A stretch of DNA of 10,630 bases from Colwellia polaris (GTDB lineage: Archaea; Nanohalarchaeota; Nanosalinia; Nanosalinales; Nanosalinaceae), in contig JBLGBK010000017.1 in assembly GCA_047617785.1 (NCBI GenBank), forward strand, positions 1 to 10,630, written 5' to 3'. Within the stretch, counting starts at the first letter, position 1, and each line of letters begins with the position of its first letter. The translations under genes were made by a program, and so were the position numbers. Shown one piece after another: positions 5,704 through 10,630 of this stretch. The notes beneath the pieces are model-generated. The model searched no databases. It was not told the origin of the DNA and saw nothing but the letters and a program-made list of their open reading frames with translations.

Positions 5704-7119
5704 ATGGTGTCGGAGCAGGAAATTAAGGTCGCGAGGGAAGATATCTCGGAACTAGAGAAGATATTCTCTCAGTACAGCGATATAGGTGAGAAAGTTGAAG
5801 GAGTAGCCTCTAACCTAGGTTCAGATCGGAAGACTGCTCTACGCCTGCTCCGCGAAATCGAGAATGAATGCAGTTTTGACCTTCTACCTCCATTGCTTGA
5901 AGACAGTCTGAAGAAATCAATTGATAGCTTGGAAATTCTCTTGCAAGGCAGAAACGACGAACAAGCGTACAGGGAGATGAAGGAAAGTCATGATGAACTG
6001 AAAAAGTTCATTGATCTCAGTGAGGAAGAAAAGATTTCAAGATGGGCAAAGACTTTTCTGGAAGATGTATCGAACTACAATGGAGAAGAAATCGTCTCGC
6101 AGTCTGGCAAGTTCAAAGTTATTGATATGGGGATACGCGATTTCTTTAGCGGCGTAATCTACTCTAACACTGGTGTTGCCAAGTCTTTGAGACCGGGCCA
6201 GAAAGTGGCTGAAGAGCTTGAAAACTACCAGAAAAGACATACTGTGAAGTACGGTAGAGAAAGACACAAGATTTCTATAGCTGTCTCTGGTAACAATCCT
6301 GAAATGGTTGAAAGCACCGCAAAGTCAATGCTTCTACAACAGCTCGACTTTGAACAATTAAAGTCAGAGATCAAGCAGGTTAACTCCAACATAAGCAATA
6401 TAGTTGAAGCTAAAGAGGCAGTAATCGAAGGCGAACTACCGCGATACGGCAAACTTTATTCAGATGACCGTGTTCAAAAAATGAAGAATTACGTAGCTGG
6501 TGAGATGATTAAATCGGTTGAGAACGCACTTTCAATAAATATCAATGCTACTCCAGAGGATCTAGTTGTCAAGACAAACCAAGAGGTGATAGGATACTTT
6601 GGGAAGAACAGGAATGGTAAATGGGTACTGCACTTCACCGATGAGGAAAGCACAGGAACACTATTCGATCTTATGACTGATACTGAAGACAAGTCATTTG
6701 ATGAGCTTGTAAGATTTATAGAGAGCGCTCCGATGGGTTTCAAGAATCCGGGTGAAGATCATACGCCCTCAAAAGCTCCGGACGTTTTCATGGTGGATCT
6801 GTTCCATGAAACAGGTCACGCTGTGGCGGATATGGCTGCAGAGCAGGTTTTTCACGGTGGTGAGGTTAACAAGAACTACGGGCGCCTGATAGATGATGAG
6901 CTAGGGCGCAAGGTTTTCGAAAAAGCAGCAAACGAGATAGCTGGTTTAACCCTGAAAAGGCTTTCTGCAAGCGGAACAGGTACATGGAAATCTATATTCA
7001 AAGGCTTTGAATCCTATCTGGAATTAACAAAATACGACAAACCAGTCAAAGGATACAGAGACCAGCATCCGATTAAGGCCACACAGAAATCTGTTAGAGA
7101 ACTCTATGATGTGGGTTGA
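5704..7119 (+). CDS. Hypothetical protein, 471 aa: N-terminal HTH-like motif plus C-terminal zincin (ImmA/IrrE M78-like) metallopeptidase signature
   Basis: Long ORF with no competing frame. VEGVASNLGSDRKTALRLLREIE is at aa 31-53, HETGH at aa 368-372, and EKAANEIA at aa 406-413. No signal peptide or TM segment is evident. Confidence 0.7.
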   Translation: MVSEQEIKVAREDISELEKIFSQYSDIGEKVEGVASNLGSDRKTALRLLREIENECSFDLLPPLLEDSLKKSIDSLEILLQGRNDEQAYREMKESHDELKKFIDLSEEEKISRWAKTFLEDVSNYNGEEIVSQSGKFKVIDMGIRDFFSGVIYSNTGVAKSLRPGQKVAEELENYQKRHTVKYGRERHKISIAVSGNNPEMVESTAKSMLLQQLDFEQLKSEIKQVNSNISNIVEAKEAVIEGELPRYGKLYSDDRVQKMKNYVAGEMIKSVENALSININATPEDLVVKTNQEVIGYFGKNRNGKWVLHFTDEESTGTLFDLMTDTEDKSFDELVRFIESAPMGFKNPGEDHTPSKAPDVFMVDLFHETGHAVADMAAEQVFHGGEVNKNYGRLIDDELGRKVFEKAANEIAGLTLKRLSASGTGTWKSIFKGFESYLELTKYDKPVKGYRDQHPIKATQKSVRELYDVG

Positions 7120-7204
7120 GTATCGATATTGGAAAACTTATGTAGAAATTAGCAAAAGCGACCGCTGCACCTGCTAAAGTAGAAATAAGAAGAAAAATTT
7201 TTAT

Positions 7205-9130
7205 TTAGTCGAGGAAATTGGTGCTCAGAGTTTTCTCATCTACTTCTTCGTGCAGATGCTCTCTAAACTCATTAATTCCTACATCGTTCTGCTCGCGTTC
7301 CTTGCGATCTCTAACCGATAAATTCTCTGCTTCCTCTTCGTTACCTCCAAGGATGAGCATATATGGAACGTTGTCGTCGTGAGCAGCCTGAATCTTCTTT
7401 CCTACCGTCCAGCTACGATCTTCAATCTTAACCCTGAAATCCGAAAGCTCTTCCTGAACTCTTTCGGCATAATCCATGTTTTCGTCGCTGACAGGCAGAA
7501 TCCTGACCTGTTCTGGGGCAAGCCATGTTGGGAAATCTCCTGCAAAGTGCTCAATCATAACGCCCATGAAACGTTCAATTGAACCAAGGATGGCTCTGTG
7601 AATCATGACAGGATAGTGTTCTTCGTTATCCTCTCCCTGGTACTTTAGCCCGTAGTTTCGCGGGATAATGAAGTCTAGCTGCACTGTTCCAAGCTGCCAT
7701 TCTCTTCCGATGGCGTCTTGAACTTCTACTCCAATCTTCGGCCCATAAAAAGCACCTTCTTCTGGCTTGACTTCGTAGTCTCCTACAACTTCATCCATTG
7801 CGTTTCCGAGTGCGTTCTCAGCTTTATCCCAGAGTTGATCCGGTCCCTGAGCTTTCTCCGGCTTGGTTTCCATGATGAAGTTGACTTCGAATCCGAACTC
7901 GTCGTACATCTCGATAATCTTCTCAAGATGTGCTTTGACCTCTTCTTCGATTTGATCTTTTCGGATATAGGCGTGTCCATCATCCTGGGTCATGACTCGA
8001 ACTCGAAGCAGACCTGAGAGCTCTCCAGACTGTTCGTTACGATTAACTGTTCCGAACTCAGATAGCTTGATTGGCAGATCTTTGTAGCTGCGTGTATCTG
8101 AGTCAAAGATGTGGCTGTGGTTTGCACAGTTCATAGGCTTCAGTCCATATTCGATGTCGTCCTGTTCCCAGGCAAACATCTCTCCTTCTTCCTTGAATGC
8201 TTCGTAGTGTCCGGTCTTCTTCCAGAGGTTGGCTTTGTTCAACTCTGGAGTCCAGACCTCTTCGTAGCCAAGCTCTTTGTTCTTTTCTCTGATGTACTCT
8301 TCAAGCTCTCTTCTTATTATCATGCCGGCTCTGTGGTAGTGAGGTGCGCCTGGTGCATGTTCTGGTACAGAGAACAGGTTCATTTCCTTCCCGATTCTTC
8401 TGTGGTCTCGTTTCTTAGCTTCACGTCTTCTCTCCATGAAGTCTTCTAGGTCTGACTCAGAAGAGAATGCTGTTCCGTAGACACGTGTCAGCATCTCGTT
8501 TTCTTCATCACCCCTCCAATAGGCGCCTGCGATTTCAAGAAGCTTGAATGCTTCTACTTCGCCGGTTGAGGAGACGTGAGGTCCTTTACAAAGATCCTTG
8601 AAATCTCCCTGTTTGTAGAAGCTGACTTCGTTGCCTTCGCCTGCTTCTTCTTCTAGAATCTGTTTCTTGTATTCGTTATCTTCGAAAAAATCTTTTGCTT
8701 CCTCTCGGTCAAGCATTTCGCGCTTAATATCGAGGTCTTCCTCTACGATACTCTCCATTTCTTCTTCTATTTCTTCAAAGTCTTCTTGGTCGAGATTTAT
8801 TCCTTCGATATCGTAGTAAAATCCTTCGTCTGTCCACGGCCCGATTGTTAGTTTAACTTCGTTACCATAGATCCGTTTGAGTGCCTGTGCGAAGACGTGT
8901 GCGGCGCTGTGTCGGAGGACGTCTATGTATTCCTCTGAATCTTCTGTAATTATTTCTATTTTGTCACCGTCGCTGACATAATCTTCTTTGGCTACTAGTT
9001 CGCCGTTGATTTTTCCGGCTACTGTTGCGTTGCCAAGTCCTGTCCCTATTTCGTATGCTGCGTCTTCTAATGTGGCGTTTTCATCTACTTCTAGCTTTGA
9101 TCCGTCTGGAAGCTCTACTTCAATGCTCAT
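7205..9130 (-). CDS. thrS: Threonine--tRNA ligase, bacterial-type (TGS + HxxxH editing domain)
   Basis: 641 aa with a TGS domain (LPDGS), editing residues (LRHSAAH, DLCKGPH), GAYWRGD, RDHRRIG, Zn ligands (KPMNC, TQDDGH, HRAILGSIERF), GAFYGPK and a C-terminal anticodon-binding domain. Confidence 0.97.
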   Translation of the reverse strand: MSIEVELPDGSKLEVDENATLEDAAYEIGTGLGNATVAGKINGELVAKEDYVSDGDKIEIITEDSEEYIDVLRHSAAHVFAQALKRIYGNEVKLTIGPWTDEGFYYDIEGINLDQEDFEEIEEEMESIVEEDLDIKREMLDREEAKDFFEDNEYKKQILEEEAGEGNEVSFYKQGDFKDLCKGPHVSSTGEVEAFKLLEIAGAYWRGDEENEMLTRVYGTAFSSESDLEDFMERRREAKKRDHRRIGKEMNLFSVPEHAPGAPHYHRAGMIIRRELEEYIREKNKELGYEEVWTPELNKANLWKKTGHYEAFKEEGEMFAWEQDDIEYGLKPMNCANHSHIFDSDTRSYKDLPIKLSEFGTVNRNEQSGELSGLLRVRVMTQDDGHAYIRKDQIEEEVKAHLEKIIEMYDEFGFEVNFIMETKPEKAQGPDQLWDKAENALGNAMDEVVGDYEVKPEEGAFYGPKIGVEVQDAIGREWQLGTVQLDFIIPRNYGLKYQGEDNEEHYPVMIHRAILGSIERFMGVMIEHFAGDFPTWLAPEQVRILPVSDENMDYAERVQEELSDFRVKIEDRSWTVGKKIQAAHDDNVPYMLILGGNEEEAENLSVRDRKEREQNDVGINEFREHLHEEVDEKTLSTNFLD

Positions 9131-9280
9131 ACAGGATCACTTCGGGAGAAGTTGTTTAATTGGTTTTGGAAACAGCTGTCGCTGTGAGAAGTTTTAATGC
9201 ATAAGTGGCCGGCGGGTAAAACATCCACCTTTCATTGGTAAGGAGAAATTGAGATCGTATTTTTAAATAAATTTTCAGGA

Positions 9281-10300
9281 TTATTCGGGAATTTTCTCCA
9301 TACTATTTGTAGAGATATTCAAAGTACTCATTCCGATATATCCTACTACTATGTGGAGCCAGTACGTAGCTACTCTATGTAAAATCCCGATAGCTAGACC
9401 TATCTCGAAGCTGACTCCCATAAATATCATTGTAAGCTGTGCCATGACGGCTTCAAAAGTTCCTGTGCCTCCGGGGGTTGGTGAAAAGTTTGCAGTGCTT
9501 GCAATAGGGATAATTAGCATGACGTAAAATGGATTGATGCTTAGGCCGAGAGACATGACTACTGCGTAGAATGCAGCCATTTTGAAAAGAAAAGCAGTAT
9601 GTGTTATTGCTAATGCGCGAAGGATAGCTTTCGGATTATTTCCAACTGTCTCAAATGTATCCTCTATGTTTTCCAGCCTTGATTCGAGCTTGTCGACAAG
9701 ATGCGATCCGCGGCCGATGAAACTTGTTATTTTTTCGAATACTACAAGTACAGAGTTTTCCAGTGTTCCTGGCCGGTACCAGCCGATGTAACCCATCACT
9801 ATTCCGAAGAGGAGTAGTGAAGCGGTTACAGCTGTCATTCCTGCGATTTGACTGCTACTACTTCCTGAGAATACAGTGTATAGGTAACCTGATAGCACGA
9901 AGGTGGATAAAGGTATTATTGCGAGCAGATCGGCGGACATAACTGTTGCCAGGGATTTTTCGTAGCTTGTCTTGGAGTTGCTGGATATCATATAGGCCAT
10001 GAATGGTTGTCCTCCGAACTGGCCTAGCGGTGTTACTGCGTTGAGAAACTGGCCTGCGGACATCATCTGAAAGGTCTTTCTGAAGCTACAGTTTATGTTG
10101 CTGACTTTGAAGAAGTTATACCAGTTAGCTGTCCAGGATAGAAGCACTCCAAAACCGGCTAGAAGCGCTATTCCTATGTAGGATGGTCTAGCCTGGCTGA
10201 TTTTTTCCAAGAAAAGGTTAAGGTCGGCAGTCCAGAGCAAGACAGCGAATATCAGGGTTGCTACTCCGACCCATAGAATGTTTTGTTTTCTATCGTTCAT
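9281..10300 (-). CDS. UPF0104 / lysylphosphatidylglycerol-synthase TM-domain (flippase-like) membrane protein
   Basis: 339 aa with multiple TM helices and family motifs FLNAVTPLGQFGGQP, SPTPGGTGTFEA and HRVATYW. Confidence 0.88.
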   Translation of the reverse strand: MNDRKQNILWVGVATLIFAVLLWTADLNLFLEKISQARPSYIGIALLAGFGVLLSWTANWYNFFKVSNINCSFRKTFQMMSAGQFLNAVTPLGQFGGQPFMAYMISSNSKTSYEKSLATVMSADLLAIIPLSTFVLSGYLYTVFSGSSSSQIAGMTAVTASLLLFGIVMGYIGWYRPGTLENSVLVVFEKITSFIGRGSHLVDKLESRLENIEDTFETVGNNPKAILRALAITHTAFLFKMAAFYAVVMSLGLSINPFYVMLIIPIASTANFSPTPGGTGTFEAVMAQLTMIFMGVSFEIGLAIGILHRVATYWLHIVVGYIGMSTLNISTNSMEKIPE

Positions 10301-10344
10301 CTTTTACTATAACTAGGTCTTGTTAACGACTTTTTTTAACATGT

Positions 10345-10366
10345 GAAGAAAAAAGAGGGGGAAAAG
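10345..10366 (-). terminator. Putative pyrimidine-rich terminator after the Yip1-like gene
   Basis: The minus strand reads CTTTTCCCCCTCTTTTTTCTTC about 17 nt after the stop at 10383. Confidence 0.45.
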
Positions 10367-10382
10367 TGGTTGGACAGATTCT

Positions 10383-10630
10383 CTACATTGGCGGTGTGCC
10401 AGTACCAGTCAGTGTTGCGAACATTGCACCAGCTACAATTGCTAGTACAAGCAAGATTCCTATGATAATTAATGCAGGAATCAGTACTGAGACAGCTGAC
10501 TTTCCCAGACTTATTTCTTGGAATTTCTGAACTCCCTTGATCTGTACGTAGACTGAGAATATTCCTAGTACAAGACTTACGAAAGCCCCAAGAATTGGTA
10601 CAAATGCCAAGAGACCTGCTACAGGCGCTA
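10383..10630 (-). CDS. Yip1-family-like membrane protein, C-terminal part (5' end outside the window)
   Basis: The frame stays open to the window edge (...APVAGLLAFVPILG...). The pattern FVPILG...YVQIKGVQKFQEISLGKSAVSVLIP matches the C-terminal half of archaeal Yip1 proteins. Confidence 0.7.
   Translation of the reverse strand, partial: APVAGLLAFVPILGAFVSLVLGIFSVYVQIKGVQKFQEISLGKSAVSVLIPALIIIGILLVLAIVAGAMFATLTGTGTPPM

Noticed and set aside
7149-7177. Imperfect hairpin TTAGCA..AGCG-AC-CGCT..TGCTAA between the convergent 471-aa gene and thrS
   Set aside because: The stems are short and interrupted. It might aid termination but cannot be distinguished from chance.
5261-7204. The plus-strand island as a mobile element
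   Set aside because: No integrase or transposase, flanking direct repeats, terminal inverted repeats or adjacent tRNA were seen.
7975-8010. Met instead of Phe in ThrRS motif 2 (RVRVMTQDDGH)
   Set aside because: Met at this position also occurs in functional bacterial ThrRS enzymes, and the other catalytic and Zn-binding residues are intact.
9131-9280. 150-bp gap upstream of thrS as a possible tRNA, T-box or other ncRNA
   Set aside because: There is no cloverleaf, T-loop motif, T-box sequence or extended stem. A TATA-like box close to the thrS ATG argues against a long leader.
1535-9942. Other short overlapping ORFs (e.g. 1655-1999, 2894-3400, 3939-4328, 6037-6743, 7379-8816, 9582-9942)
   Set aside because: All overlap well-supported genes in antisense or alternative frames and lack recognisable motifs.

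Overview
A gene-dense archaeal window with a strongly acidic proteome, a haloarchaeal-like L39e and a compact layout. This suggests a halophilic DPANN archaeon such as a Nanohaloarchaeon (an inference, not a database result). Most genes are minus-strand housekeeping genes. From the right end leftward they are: a partial Yip1-like membrane protein, a UPF0104/flippase-like membrane protein, a bacterial-type threonyl-tRNA synthetase, an M29 aminopeptidase, a trimmed translation cluster (rps19e, PDCD5-like, rpl39e, rpl31e, aIF6), and two TadC/T2SSF pilus platform proteins. The rpl39e gene is missing from the ORF track. The only plus-strand island (5376-7119) holds two orphan genes. One is a 95-aa acidic protein with a degenerate Xre-HTH-like pattern. 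The other is a 471-aa protein with an N-terminal HTH-like motif and a C-terminal HExxH...ExxAN (ImmA/IrrE-like) metallopeptidase signature. A perfect 17-bp palindrome overlaps the putative promoter of this island, making it the best candidate for an undescribed protease-controlled regulatory system. Two ribosomal proteins also have unusual additions: L31e has an extra C-terminal domain and L39e has an internal insertion. No tRNA, rRNA, CRISPR array or mobile element was recognised.
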